Made by a program: the position numbers and the translations under genes. From contig CAZXYN010000005.1 in assembly GCA_964644965.1 (NCBI GenBank), positions 9,759 to 73,758 on the forward strand: DNA of 64,000 nt, in the 5' to 3' direction. Origin of the DNA: an uncultured Candidatus Saccharibacteria bacterium. GTDB lineage: Bacteria > Patescibacteriota > Saccharimonadia > Saccharimonadales > JACDBH01. Positions 51,400 through 61,192 of this stretch are shown piece by piece (position 1 is the first letter of the stretch; the number at the start of each line of letters is the position of its first letter). The notes beneath the pieces were generated by a model. That model searched no databases. It saw only the letters and a program-made list of their open reading frames with translations, and was not told the origin of the DNA.

Positions 51400-51786
51400 A
51401 TGCAGCAGGGAACACATCTTACCGATGAACAGATACGAGTCCTAAAGCACGGTGATACCGAGGCACCTTTTAGCGGTGCGTTCCTGCATAACATAGAGCA
51501 GGGTATATATATTTGTGCCCAGTGCGATGCGGTTTTATTCGATTCCAAGACAAAATTCGACAGTGGCTCTGGCTGGCCGAGCTTTTACAATGTGGCTGAC
51601 AAGGGCAATGTAGCGCTAGTCGAATATTCCAGCCACGGTATGCAGCGTATTGAGGTCAAGTGTGCAAACTGCAACGGTCACCTGGGGCATGTGTTTCATG
51701 ATGCGCCAGATCAGCCAACGGGCATGCGGTTTTGCATTAATTCATTAGCCCTTAACTTCAGGAAAGAAGGCGGCGATGAAAGTTAA
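51400..51786 (+). CDS. msrB: peptide-methionine (R)-S-oxide reductase
   Basis: CAQCDAVLF, GSGWPSF, CANCNGHLGHVF, RFCINS; ATG 51400 preferred because ATG 51382 lies in the terminator T-run. Confidence 0.9.
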   Translation: MQQGTHLTDEQIRVLKHGDTEAPFSGAFLHNIEQGIYICAQCDAVLFDSKTKFDSGSGWPSFYNVADKGNVALVEYSSHGMQRIEVKCANCNGHLGHVFHDAPDQPTGMRFCINSLALNFRKEGGDES

Positions 51787-52165
51787 CATATCTGCAGACG
51801 GTATTGGACTGGAGCTTCATGGAAAGGAGCAGTTTTGGGCAGTGCGGGCAAAAATTAACGTGCCTACAAAGACGATTAAAGACATTCGGTTCGAGCCAAA
51901 GTTCCAAGATTGGCGCAAATGGCAGGTCCGCATGCCGGGTACTCACGCACCAAAGCTATTGCTAGCAGGTTCATACTGGACAGAGCTTGGCTGGGACTTC
52001 TTGTATATTAAGAAGCCGAATAATTTTATAAATCCTAGGGTAGACGACGTGTTGGTGATAGAAACCGATCAGAACCGCTATACTAGGGTCATTATTAGCA
52101 GCGACGAAAAAGAGGCCAAGAAAGTTATAGCCTGGTGGAAGAAACAGAAGAAACCCAAGAAGTGA
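51776..52165 (+). CDS. hypothetical protein with Lys-rich tail
   Basis: 129-aa ORF overlapping msrB stop by 11 nt. Confidence 0.5.
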   Translation: MKVNISADGIGLELHGKEQFWAVRAKINVPTKTIKDIRFEPKFQDWRKWQVRMPGTHAPKLLLAGSYWTELGWDFLYIKKPNNFINPRVDDVLVIETDQNRYTRVIISSDEKEAKKVIAWWKKQKKPKK

Positions 52166-53385
52166 ATAAGCCATTCTACAAAAGGCGTCCATCTAAGCGG
52201 ACGCTTGTTCTTCTTGGTCTTGGCGGGATTATTATAGTGATTATTCTGTTACTGCTATTTCTGTTTGTACAAACCTCAGATGCACCGGGTCCAGAAGAGA
52301 ATAAATCTGCAGAGTCTAGCCAACAAACAGAGCCAAAGACCTCGATTACTATGTTGGCCACAGGTGACTGGATTGCTCATGATGTAATCAACGAGGTTGC
52401 AGGCAGCAGCGGTGAGTTTAATTACGCCAGTATGACCGAACCAATGCGGCCATATTTTGAACAGACAGACATAAATTTTTGTAATCTGGCGACACCCGCT
52501 GGCGGCGTTCAGCATGGAATTAGCGGATACCCGGTGTTCAATGCGCCGCTAGAGTGGAACCGCGATATGCATGGCCTAGGTTGTAACCTAATTAACACCG
52601 GCACGAACCACACCAATGACAAGGGTCAAGCAGTGATCACATCAGAACTCAATGACTGGGACGGCAAAGAAAATGTGCTCGCTCATGCTGGTGCTAACCG
52701 TAGCATAGACGAGATGAATACAGTTCGATACTTTGAGCGTGATGGTGTAAAGTTTGCGTTCTTGTCCTACAGTACGTACTCCAACTCGCCAAACCCCGAG
52801 GTCTACAGCCTGACTCGCTTTACCGAACCGCTAGTCACAACCCAGATGACAGAAGCACGGGCAAATGCCGATGTGGTGATTGTTAGCATGCGCTGGGGCA
52901 CAGAATATTCATCTGGAATAAGTGCTGCTCAGGAGCTCGCTGCACAGAAACTAGCAGGGCTTGGTGCTGATATCGTGCTTGGTCATGGTCAGCATGTGCT
53001 GGGCCCAGTAAAACAGCTGCCACGGGCTGACGGTGGTGAAACAACCGTCTGGTATGGACTAGGCAATTTCCTGAATGCACAGCTAGAGACAGAGGCGCTA
53101 ACTGGCTGTGTGGCGACTTTTGATATTGATATTGCCAGCAAAAAGGTCAGTGGTTCTGGCTGTCTGCCGTTTTACCAACACTATGAATGGACGGCTGCAG
53201 ACAAAGCCGCCGGGCGTTTGTTGACACGAGGTAACTTCCTGATCATGCCGCTATATAATGCAGCCGAATACCTGGCGCGACCGGACGCTCACCTAGAAAC
53301 GACAGTCGAAGAGCAGATGAATCGCATCAGTGGCATAGTGAACACCTACACCGAGATCCCATTGCGAAACGCCGACGATCTATAA
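52135..53385 (+). CDS. CapA-family (PGA_cap metallophosphatase-like) membrane-anchored protein
   Basis: TM LVLLGLGGIIIVIILLLLFLFV; MLATGDWIAHD, NLATP, NTGTNHTNDKG, GHGQHVLGP motifs; start uncertain (GTG 52135 or GTG 52162). Confidence 0.7.
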   Translation: MEETEETQEVNKPFYKRRPSKRTLVLLGLGGIIIVIILLLLFLFVQTSDAPGPEENKSAESSQQTEPKTSITMLATGDWIAHDVINEVAGSSGEFNYASMTEPMRPYFEQTDINFCNLATPAGGVQHGISGYPVFNAPLEWNRDMHGLGCNLINTGTNHTNDKGQAVITSELNDWDGKENVLAHAGANRSIDEMNTVRYFERDGVKFAFLSYSTYSNSPNPEVYSLTRFTEPLVTTQMTEARANADVVIVSMRWGTEYSSGISAAQELAAQKLAGLGADIVLGHGQHVLGPVKQLPRADGGETTVWYGLGNFLNAQLETEALTGCVATFDIDIASKKVSGSGCLPFYQHYEWTAADKAAGRLLTRGNFLIMPLYNAAEYLARPDAHLETTVEEQMNRISGIVNTYTEIPLRNADDL

Positions 53386-53533
53386 TTGACAAATCTACGC
53401 GTACAAGGCGTACAAGGTTCGACCTTGTACAAACTTGTACAAAAGTGAACACCTACACCGTCGTACAAGGTCGAACCTTGTACAGAGAACCTTGTACAGA
53501 GAAATCCCGGTAAGAAACGCCGACGATTTATAA
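53386..53533. repeat. GTACAAGG/CCTTGTAC palindromic mini-repeats plus diverged duplicate of the capA-like 3' end
   Basis: GTGAACACCTACACCG (53338-53353) recurs at 53445-53460; ATCCC..GAAACGCCGACGAT.TATAA recurs at 53504-53533; two hairpins GTACAAGG-ttcga-CCTTGTAC and GTACAAGG-tcgaa-CCTTGTAC; tandem AACCTTGTACAGAG x2. Confidence 0.85.
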
Positions 53534-53579
53534 CAAGGCGCTTCTCAGTTTCTAAATGATAAGCTAAAGTAAAAGCAAC

Positions 53580-54371
53580 ATGGAGATAAAATCTGCGGCT
53601 TCTGAAGCGAAGAGGAAGTATGTCACCGAAGTAAATACTTTAATTGGTGATATAAAAAAGGCCGTTAAAAATGGCAAAGTTTCGGAAAATGATCAGATAG
53701 ACTTGCAGGTCCGGCTTGATACGATCGCAGATCTGTATCAGGAAGATGAATCTATCGGTAAAAGTGCATACAAAATGTACTATGCCCAGGCAGTGTTACA
53801 TTCTTATAGCGGCAAACTCTCACTGGCAAACCAATTCCTAGAGTCAGCTGAGCAGAAAAACGGCGAAAACTTCGTAGCCGGTGATGAGCTTCGGCAATTT
53901 TTTGGTTTGTCAGACGATGGATCGCCAACTAGTCAAGCCCACGGATCCAAGAAAAAGGTAGCTTCTTCGAACAAAAGAATCGTGAATTATATTGTGGATA
54001 TTGGATTTTGCTATTTGTTAATGGTACCGGTTGCTATTATTACTGCTGCCTTGGATTCGGCTAGCCCAGGGTTATTTTTTGACCCATATACAGGCGCGGC
54101 GAACCTCGGGGTATATCTGATCGCCTTTATCGTAATGATTCATTATTTTGTAACTCTTGAAGCTTCATTTGGCTGGACGATTGGAAAACTAATCACGAAA
54201 ACCAGGGTTATAAGTGAAAAGGGTTCGGGGCGGGGTACATGGCAAATCTACAAGCGTTCTTTTGCAAGGTTTATTCCTTTTGAAGTTTTCTCATTCATAG
54301 GCAGCAATCCCGTGGGTTGGCACGACAGACTCTCTGGCACGCGGGTCGTAGATAAGCCAAAAAAATTATAG
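53580..54371 (+). CDS. RDD-family membrane protein with N-terminal soluble domain
   Basis: C-terminal half has three TM helices and WHDRLSGTRVV ending typical of RDD domains. Confidence 0.65.
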   Translation: MEIKSAASEAKRKYVTEVNTLIGDIKKAVKNGKVSENDQIDLQVRLDTIADLYQEDESIGKSAYKMYYAQAVLHSYSGKLSLANQFLESAEQKNGENFVAGDELRQFFGLSDDGSPTSQAHGSKKKVASSNKRIVNYIVDIGFCYLLMVPVAIITAALDSASPGLFFDPYTGAANLGVYLIAFIVMIHYFVTLEASFGWTIGKLITKTRVISEKGSGRGTWQIYKRSFARFIPFEVFSFIGSNPVGWHDRLSGTRVVDKPKKL

Positions 54372-54378
54372 TATCAAC

Positions 54379-55752
54379 ATGAACTTGCCAGCAAAAAAGC
54401 ACAATCGGGCAGAACCAAGCTACAGCCTGAAGGCGGTAACGCCGATCCGTCCTGTTTTTTCACTAAGACTCGTATCGTCAACAAATGCAAGGAAACATAT
54501 CTTTACTAGAAAAAGACTTGCTCTGGCAGGTGTCATCGCCTTTGCTGTGGTGTTCTTCGGTACATGGATTAGCGGGCATGCCAGTTATGTCGTAGATGCC
54601 TATCCGGTTGTGGAGCTTTCGGAGAAAACCACCACTCTACACTGTAATTACAGCGGACAAGAAATCTCAGTCGATCTTAGATTGCATGGCAATGTAAATA
54701 ATTACTATCATAACCGCGCCGATAAAACAGCAGCGATAAAAAGCGGTGACTACAAACGGTTCATATATGAAAATGCTAGGGACGATACCATAGATGACCT
54801 CGCCGACAAGATTCGGGCAGAAGCAAGAGTGCGTAGTCTGAGTGATGACCAGCTTCTCGAACTAGCTGGCTGTTTTATTCAAAACATTCCGTACGATGAT
54901 GTAAAAGCGAGTGCCGTACTTGCTGGCGGAGCCATATCTGACAAAGATCTGAGCCAGCATCCGTATGAAACACTGTATAAAAACAGTGGTATTTGTACGG
55001 ACAAGACATATCTTGGCAGTTTGCTCTTGCAAAAGCTCGGCTATAGTACGGGTATTTACCTCTTTCCAGAAGATGAGCACATGGCTCTAGCCGTGTCAGT
55101 ACCAGCCCCATACACTTCCTTTGGCTCAAAGTACACGATATTTGAGCTCACAAATACTGGATTTGCCCCTGGGGAATTGCCAACCGGAATTGATGATAAT
55201 GATGGACGGCCTTCCGTATCAATCAATACATTAAACGAACTTTCATTGTCGCAGGATCCAACCCAGGTCAATTATCAACAGTCAAATTATATCGATGCGC
55301 CGACACTCGTGATTGATGTAAATGAAGGTAAGAGCTATAACAGGATCGCCGCCGTAAAAAACCTTAAATACAAAATATCAAATGGACTCTCAGAGCTCGA
55401 ATCAAAAACCGCAACCCTAAACAGTGCCTACAATGAATTAGTTTACCGCGATAATGCCCAAGAGAGTGCCTACAGCTATTATCTGAGCTTGCCAAGCACA
55501 ACATACGAATGTGGCTATCAGTATAACTACAGTTATTCGTACAGCCTGTATAGCTACTCGTCGCCGTATACGTATGAATGCGGCTACGTACCAAACAAAA
55601 GCAAAGATTATGCATATGATACATATAGCTTCAGGCTGTCTAGCTACAATAGCTATGTGTATTACTATAATGCTTTACTTGATAGCTACAATGCTGAGCT
55701 GAGCACAGTGCAGGCAGACATTAATTCATACAAGGCGTTTGACTACAACTAA
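54379..55752 (+). CDS. hypothetical membrane-anchored protein, possible transglutaminase-like cysteine protease core, Tyr/Ser-rich C-terminus
   Basis: TM LALAGVIAFAVVFFGTWI; GICTDKTYLGSLLLQKLGY...EDEHMALAV suggests Cys/His arrangement; tail YQYNYSYSYSLYSYSSPYTYECGY. Confidence 0.45.
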   Translation: MNLPAKKHNRAEPSYSLKAVTPIRPVFSLRLVSSTNARKHIFTRKRLALAGVIAFAVVFFGTWISGHASYVVDAYPVVELSEKTTTLHCNYSGQEISVDLRLHGNVNNYYHNRADKTAAIKSGDYKRFIYENARDDTIDDLADKIRAEARVRSLSDDQLLELAGCFIQNIPYDDVKASAVLAGGAISDKDLSQHPYETLYKNSGICTDKTYLGSLLLQKLGYSTGIYLFPEDEHMALAVSVPAPYTSFGSKYTIFELTNTGFAPGELPTGIDDNDGRPSVSINTLNELSLSQDPTQVNYQQSNYIDAPTLVIDVNEGKSYNRIAAVKNLKYKISNGLSELESKTATLNSAYNELVYRDNAQESAYSYYLSLPSTTYECGYQYNYSYSYSLYSYSSPYTYECGYVPNKSKDYAYDTYSFRLSSYNSYVYYYNALLDSYNAELSTVQADINSYKAFDYN

Positions 55753-56546
55753 GGGAAGGGGACGGGGTCTAAGCCAAAGAATTCTTCCATGGTTTGACCA
55801 CTGTTTTTGAGCTCTGTTGCTAGCTCTGTGCCGACGTAGCGCATATGCCACGGCTCGTACTGATAACCAGTGATATTTTCTTTGCCGTTAGGGTAGCGGA
55901 TGATAAATCCATATTTGTGCGCGTGTTCGGCTAACCATTTACCTTCGGGTGTGTCCTCGAAACAGATCTCTAGGTGGCAGGTACCACTGGTGCTGGTGGC
56001 GTCAAAGGACAGGCCAGTCTGATGTTCGCTGGTGCCCGGACGGGCGCTGTAGCGGTCGGCTGCGATCTGGCCGTCTTGAGCAACGTAACTGTTGTAAAAC
56101 TGGCGCTGTAGGGCCTCTGAGCGGTAACCGCTACCGAATACCAGGGTAACTCCATCGGCTGCAGCGGAACTGAACATCCTGATTAGGTCTGGCTCTATAA
56201 TCTGATGAGCATTCATTTGCTGGTTGCTTGCTCCTAGGCGCAAACGTACACCGGGCACAACTAAGTCTGGTGGCACATAGCCGTCTGGCAGCGGACGTTG
56301 TCGATTGACGACCCACCACAGACTACCCGGCTCGTCTACCGAGTATTGTTGCTTGTCAAAGCCTGTCTGGACAGGCTGTTGCTCGGTGTCTTTGCTATCA
56401 GGGGGTTGGTTTTCTAGCTGCTGTTCTGTGGCGTTACTACTATTGAAGACATCACTGAACTTCATTAACCCAAAAATACCAGCGCCAATCAATAGAATAA
56501 TACCGAGAGGAATCAGAAATTTCTTTTGCATAGATATATTGTACAA
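55749..56546 (-). CDS. M15B/VanY-type D-alanyl-D-alanine carboxypeptidase
   Basis: N-terminal anchor; GYRSEALQ, TSEHQTGLSFD, YEPWHMRYVG motifs. Confidence 0.85.
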   Translation of the reverse strand: MYNISMQKKFLIPLGIILLIGAGIFGLMKFSDVFNSSNATEQQLENQPPDSKDTEQQPVQTGFDKQQYSVDEPGSLWWVVNRQRPLPDGYVPPDLVVPGVRLRLGASNQQMNAHQIIEPDLIRMFSSAAADGVTLVFGSGYRSEALQRQFYNSYVAQDGQIAADRYSARPGTSEHQTGLSFDATSTSGTCHLEICFEDTPEGKWLAEHAHKYGFIIRYPNGKENITGYQYEPWHMRYVGTELATELKNSGQTMEEFFGLDPVPFP

Positions 56547-57112
56547 TGGTGGTAATGAGTATTACTAAGGTAATTCCAACCAAGTTGCTTTGGATGGATC
56601 TAGAATTTACTGGCTTTGAGTACAGTAAGGATGTGATTCTGGAGGTATCGGTCGAAGTTACGGACTTCGATTTCAATACACTGGAATCGTATGAAGCGCG
56701 TATCAAAAACGATCCAAAAGTTCTGGTAGAGCGCATGAAACTTAACACTTTTTGGCAAGATCACCCAGAGAACAGAGATAATTTCCTGAATCATAACGAC
56801 GAAGGCAAATCGTCTGCCACTGTAGAAAAAGAGCTGGTCGCGTTTGTTGAGCAACATTTTGGTTCTGAGCCAGCTGTGCTGTCAGGCAACTCTATTCATT
56901 CTGATCGCGGTATTATCAAAGCCAAGTGGCCAGCCCTGGATTTACGTCTGCACTACCGTATGCTTGATGTTACTAGTCTAAAAATCATTATGCAGGGCAA
57001 GTATGGTGTGGAATACGAAAAACAGAACACGCACCGAGCCTATGATGATATTCAGGAATCAATTGCTGAGCTTCAGTATTATTTGGATTATCTACAGAAG
57101 TCTAATACTTAA
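56546..57112 (+). CDS. orn: oligoribonuclease
   Basis: LLWMDLEFTG (Exo I), NSIHSDRGI, HRAYDDIQESIAEL (Exo III DEDDh). Confidence 0.85.
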   Translation: MVVMSITKVIPTKLLWMDLEFTGFEYSKDVILEVSVEVTDFDFNTLESYEARIKNDPKVLVERMKLNTFWQDHPENRDNFLNHNDEGKSSATVEKELVAFVEQHFGSEPAVLSGNSIHSDRGIIKAKWPALDLRLHYRMLDVTSLKIIMQGKYGVEYEKQNTHRAYDDIQESIAELQYYLDYLQKSNT

Positions 57113-57148
57113 TAAGAAATATTTGATATTTGAGGGGTTAGCAGCTTT

Positions 57149-57190
57149 CTAATAAAATAAACCGCCGTTAGGGGCGGTTTATTTTATTAG
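57149..57190. terminator. bidirectional terminator, 18-bp perfect inverted arms
   Basis: CTAATAAAATAAACCGCC-gttagg-GGCGGTTTATTTTATTAG between convergent orn and surface-protein genes. Confidence 0.7.
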
Positions 57191-57221
57191 ATATCAAGTA
57201 TCAGATATATGGCGGTAGCCA

Positions 57222-60200
57222 TTATTTTTCTTCTGCACGGCGTGAAGTCATGTAGAAGATTGTTCCTAAGATGACAACTACGATCGGTATCCACCAGTAC
57301 CAGCAGATGCCCAAGATCTTTGAACAGCCAGTGCTGTCAGATTCTTCGCTTTCATCACCAGCTGCGAGTGTCTGGGCCTCATTGAGCTCTGCTTGAGCTT
57401 CGTCGCGGTTCATATCGTCTTCACTGACATTTGGATCAGTGTTTTCAGTTTCAGCTGCAAGCACAGCACTGTTACTTTGGGCGGATGCATTGCGCGCCGT
57501 AGGGGCTGGGTTACTACCGTCACTGTTGGTAGGTGTGTTAGTGACTCCAAGTGTTTGAGGGGCAGGATTGTTAAAACCACCAGTTCCGCCAAAGTTGTTC
57601 TGGATGGCGACAGGGAGAACGCTTGCAAATGTTGGCCAGCTTGGTGATCCTTCATCAAGAGGGCTAATTTCTACACTTTCGGTTACTGACTGACCCGCGC
57701 TGTTAGTGCCAGTAACGGTTACTACAGCCTTTATGGGCATGAGACTTGCTGGGTTCCATAGATATGTGCCCAGATTCCAATATTGCTCAGTGTAAGTACC
57801 TGGGGAGGTAATGAACGGTGTGCTTAGTTGACTGGTGCCGCTACCAATGAGTGCGAGAAGTTCATCATTATGGGTGTTGGACACAAATGGGGTAGAGTCA
57901 CCATCGTGGTATAAGTCGACGGTTACACCAGTAACAGTTTGAAAGTCAGAAACCCGGAAGCCGACATTAATTCCCTTATAGTCTGTGCCACTATGAGTGT
58001 TGAAGTTCTCGCCAAGTACAGTCGGTTGCGGATTGTTAACGGTGAATTTTACAAGCTTGAATCGGAGCTCGTTGCCTGCATGATCTTTTGCGTATCCACG
58101 GACGGTGTAGATTCCATTAGGAAGGCTGCTTACATCAATATTATCCAGAGCTACATCAAAGGAGTTAGTCCTGATTGGCAGACCGCTATGAGGTGTATTT
58201 AGTCGTGTAGGGGAGCCGTTGCCTAGTTCGATTAGTTTAGTTGTGTTAGTTTCATCGTAGATGTTGGCAGCTACAATCTCTAGGCCTGAGGCGTTGTCTG
58301 TAGCTTCCAAGTTAAAGCTGAGCTTTCCTTCGCTGCTTATCGTCACATTCGTAATGTCAATTTCAGGTTTAGTGTAGTCGATAATGAACTGCACAGATGA
58401 ATCGGTTATTGACAACCAGCTGGTCATATCACTAGCGTTGGCTCTGATGGTGTAGACACCGTCTGATAGACCCATAGTGCTTATATTGCAAGTATGAGTG
58501 TAGGCGTTTGTGTTAAGGGAGGCTACATTTATTGAACAATTCTTTATGAGTGTTGTATTCGTCTCGTTGTAGACATGTCCAGTAACCTGGTTTAACCGTA
58601 GGTTATCAGCGGCAGTTACTGAAAGAACTGTCGGGTTGATACTGTTGTGTAGTGTGTTGACAGTGATTGTGGGGCGTACATTGTCTACAGTGAAGTTTGT
58701 TCGCCAGCCAATATGACTGTTGCCCGCAGTATCATATGGGCGGAAGTTAAAGTAGTTGCCCTCAAAAGTCTGGTTTATGGGACTACCATCTGAATATGTA
58801 GAAGGTAGTGTGAATACAAATTCATATGTATCGCCACTAACATGGGTCATGTTCCCAGCTGTAATTTGCTTGCCAGTGTACGGCCAGTCACGTACCCAGA
58901 GCTGTATCTTATCAATACCACTTGCAGCATCTACTGCATCAACTGTGATTCTTACAATGTCACCTGGTCTTGCAAATTTCTTAGCAACTCCATTTACATA
59001 CATCACAATATTAGAAAGGCTAGGTGCAGTGTTGTCCACGGTGATATTTTGAGCTTTTGCGGAGCGGCCGTTACCGGCGTTATCTGCAACGTCGATACCG
59101 AGAGCGTAGACACCGTTATAAAGCGTAGTATCTATTTGAGCCTCGTAGATGTCTGTTTCGCCAGCTACAAGATGCATCTGTACTGCTCCGAACTGATTTG
59201 GATTCGCCCCATCAACAAATTTTACCCATACATAGTTGAGTCCAGAACCTTCTTCGATAATTCGTGCTTGAATAGTCACAAGACCCGAAACCGTGCTGCT
59301 TGCAACAGGGGTTATGAATTCTATAACTGGTTGAGTGTTGTCGATGGTAAAGTATTTGAAAGATTTATCACCGGAAGTATTGCCAGCTGCATCTTGAACG
59401 CTGCCTACGCGTAGTACGTATTTGCCGTCAGGTAGAGTTGTCGTGTCGATCGTGAAAGTGCCCGTACCGCTGGAAAGGTTAACTTTTTGACCCTTCTTAT
59501 CGCTTTGGTTAGGGACACCGTATAGTTCAACCCATATATCCTTATTCTTGGTAGGATCAAGAGGGTTATCATCAGTAATCGTCACCTCAAAAGATTGCGT
59601 ACCAGACAGAGTCAGGGGAGCATCTGGAGTAATTGATATGGTCGGCTTGGTAGTATCAGGAACTTCAACAATGCTGAAGGTACGCGTTAGTCGGTTGCCT
59701 TGGGTGGGATTAAAAACAAAACAGTAATCACCAATGTTAGTAAACGAAGCTGTATCAACAGAAGCGGTAAATACCCCCCCCAACCAACTACTAGAGTTAC
59801 TAAAGCCATCTACATTACCAGCCACTGTGCCACTTCCAGCAGAGCATGTGTTATAACGGACAGCCCATTGTACACCACCGACTTGAGCTTCAAAGCTCCA
59901 GACTTCAAGCTCAAGAGACTCTCCTTTATAAACTGTTTTATTTACAGAAGGCTTAACTATTTGTTCAAGCAAACTTAGATAAGTTGGCCAACTTGACCCA
60001 CCTTCGTTAAGTGATGTTAGCTCAACAGACTCAGTACCATTTGTACCCGTAACCGTAACAATTGCCTTGGTCGGCTTGGTGTCAACTGTCCAGTCAAAGC
60101 TACCCAGATTCCAATATTCTTCGACGTATGTACCGTTCTGAATAATGAAAGGAGTGCTCAAGGTTGTTGCGCCGCCGTTTATCAAGCTAAGCAGGGTTGC

Positions 60201-61082
60201 ATTGTGAGTGTTGGTCACCAGCAAATCATCGTTTTTATACAACGAAACACTGACGGATGAAACTTCGCCAAAATCAGCAATGTTAAAGCCAACATTGATG
60301 CCCTTGTAGCCACTGTCATTGTGAGTATTAAAGTTCTCACCATTAACGATAGGTACAGCATCTTGCTCGAAGTTATAAGTAGCTTCTGTAGTGACTACTT
60401 TGTCAACTAGTGCTGCCATGCCAGGATTGCCAGTACCCATGTTCAGTGTAAAACCGGTAACTATTGCGTTCGGTATGCTCACAAGAACCTCACTAAGTGG
60501 GTGCGTGTAGTTTACCGCCTCAGCAGGCTTAGCACCGTTGAACCAAAACCTTGAGCTTGCGGTGAGGTTCCATGTATTCCAGTTGTTATAATCTTCGCTG
60601 CCGGTGTCATTATAGGTAGGTTCAAACCAAGCCCAAAAAGTGTCGGACTGGTCATTTAGATTGCCGTCTTTATCGATCGCGAGTACATAGGCAGGAGCTG
60701 CGGTCGCCGCACCAGCTAATCGCTTGGTGGAGTAACTTAGATTTATGTCTGAAGCAAGCACAGGGGTAGATGATGAGGCGAGGGCTCGGTCTAGCTGAAT
60801 ATATTCACTACCATTAATTGTTTCCAACTTGAGTGCACCATTACCAAGGGGCGCCGTCGGATCACTCTCGAAAGTGTAACCTGGTGTTGCAGTTCCATAC
60901 TTGACCCATCCATTCAGGTTTGTGGGAGTTACTATTTCTGTTGCAGGTGCAGCTGCGACTGGTTTTGATAGCAAGAACGGTAGGGCGACGCCCATGCTGT
61001 TTGCTAGGATCGCTGCTGACGCAATAACAGAGGTTAAATTTTTACGAAAGCGTGATAACTTTTGCCCGTAGACGTACTTCAC
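57222..61082 (-). CDS. giant surface protein with signal peptide, tandem Ig-like domains, duplicated terminal domain and C-terminal membrane anchor (adhesin candidate)
   Basis: 1286 aa; signal ending PVAAAPA; at least five domain boundaries with D[NYT]T.P motif (PDTTKPTISI, IDNTQPVIEF, VDNTAPSLSN, VDNVRPTITV, IDYTKPEIDI); C-terminal TM WWIPIVVVILGTIFYM + RRAEEK. Confidence 0.8.
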   Translation of the reverse strand: MKYVYGQKLSRFRKNLTSVIASAAILANSMGVALPFLLSKPVAAAPATEIVTPTNLNGWVKYGTATPGYTFESDPTAPLGNGALKLETINGSEYIQLDRALASSSTPVLASDINLSYSTKRLAGAATAAPAYVLAIDKDGNLNDQSDTFWAWFEPTYNDTGSEDYNNWNTWNLTASSRFWFNGAKPAEAVNYTHPLSEVLVSIPNAIVTGFTLNMGTGNPGMAALVDKVVTTEATYNFEQDAVPIVNGENFNTHNDSGYKGINVGFNIADFGEVSSVSVSLYKNDDLLVTNTHNATLLSLINGGATTLSTPFIIQNGTYVEEYWNLGSFDWTVDTKPTKAIVTVTGTNGTESVELTSLNEGGSSWPTYLSLLEQIVKPSVNKTVYKGESLELEVWSFEAQVGGVQWAVRYNTCSAGSGTVAGNVDGFSNSSSWLGGVFTASVDTASFTNIGDYCFVFNPTQGNRLTRTFSIVEVPDTTKPTISITPDAPLTLSGTQSFEVTITDDNPLDPTKNKDIWVELYGVPNQSDKKGQKVNLSSGTGTFTIDTTTLPDGKYVLRVGSVQDAAGNTSGDKSFKYFTIDNTQPVIEFITPVASSTVSGLVTIQARIIEEGSGLNYVWVKFVDGANPNQFGAVQMHLVAGETDIYEAQIDTTLYNGVYALGIDVADNAGNGRSAKAQNITVDNTAPSLSNIVMYVNGVAKKFARPGDIVRITVDAVDAASGIDKIQLWVRDWPYTGKQITAGNMTHVSGDTYEFVFTLPSTYSDGSPINQTFEGNYFNFRPYDTAGNSHIGWRTNFTVDNVRPTITVNTLHNSINPTVLSVTAADNLRLNQVTGHVYNETNTTLIKNCSINVASLNTNAYTHTCNISTMGLSDGVYTIRANASDMTSWLSITDSSVQFIIDYTKPEIDITNVTISSEGKLSFNLEATDNASGLEIVAANIYDETNTTKLIELGNGSPTRLNTPHSGLPIRTNSFDVALDNIDVSSLPNGIYTVRGYAKDHAGNELRFKLVKFTVNNPQPTVLGENFNTHSGTDYKGINVGFRVSDFQTVTGVTVDLYHDGDSTPFVSNTHNDELLALIGSGTSQLSTPFITSPGTYTEQYWNLGTYLWNPASLMPIKAVVTVTGTNSAGQSVTESVEISPLDEGSPSWPTFASVLPVAIQNNFGGTGGFNNPAPQTLGVTNTPTNSDGSNPAPTARNASAQSNSAVLAAETENTDPNVSEDDMNRDEAQAELNEAQTLAAGDESEESDSTGCSKILGICWYWWIPIVVVILGTIFYMTSRRAEEK

Positions 61083-61192
61083 CTGAAACTCCTATTCAGT
61101 TACTCGAATTACCTAAAATTATACACCCGTGGTACTAAAAAGTCTAATTGTCAAACCTATGAATAAATTATCTGTATAATAGGGAGCAATGA

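Noticed and set aside
53386-53533. Possible CRISPR array (repeated CCTTGTACA words)
   Set aside because: The units are only 8-14 bp, irregularly spaced and in both orientations. There are no spacers of CRISPR size and no cas genes in the window.
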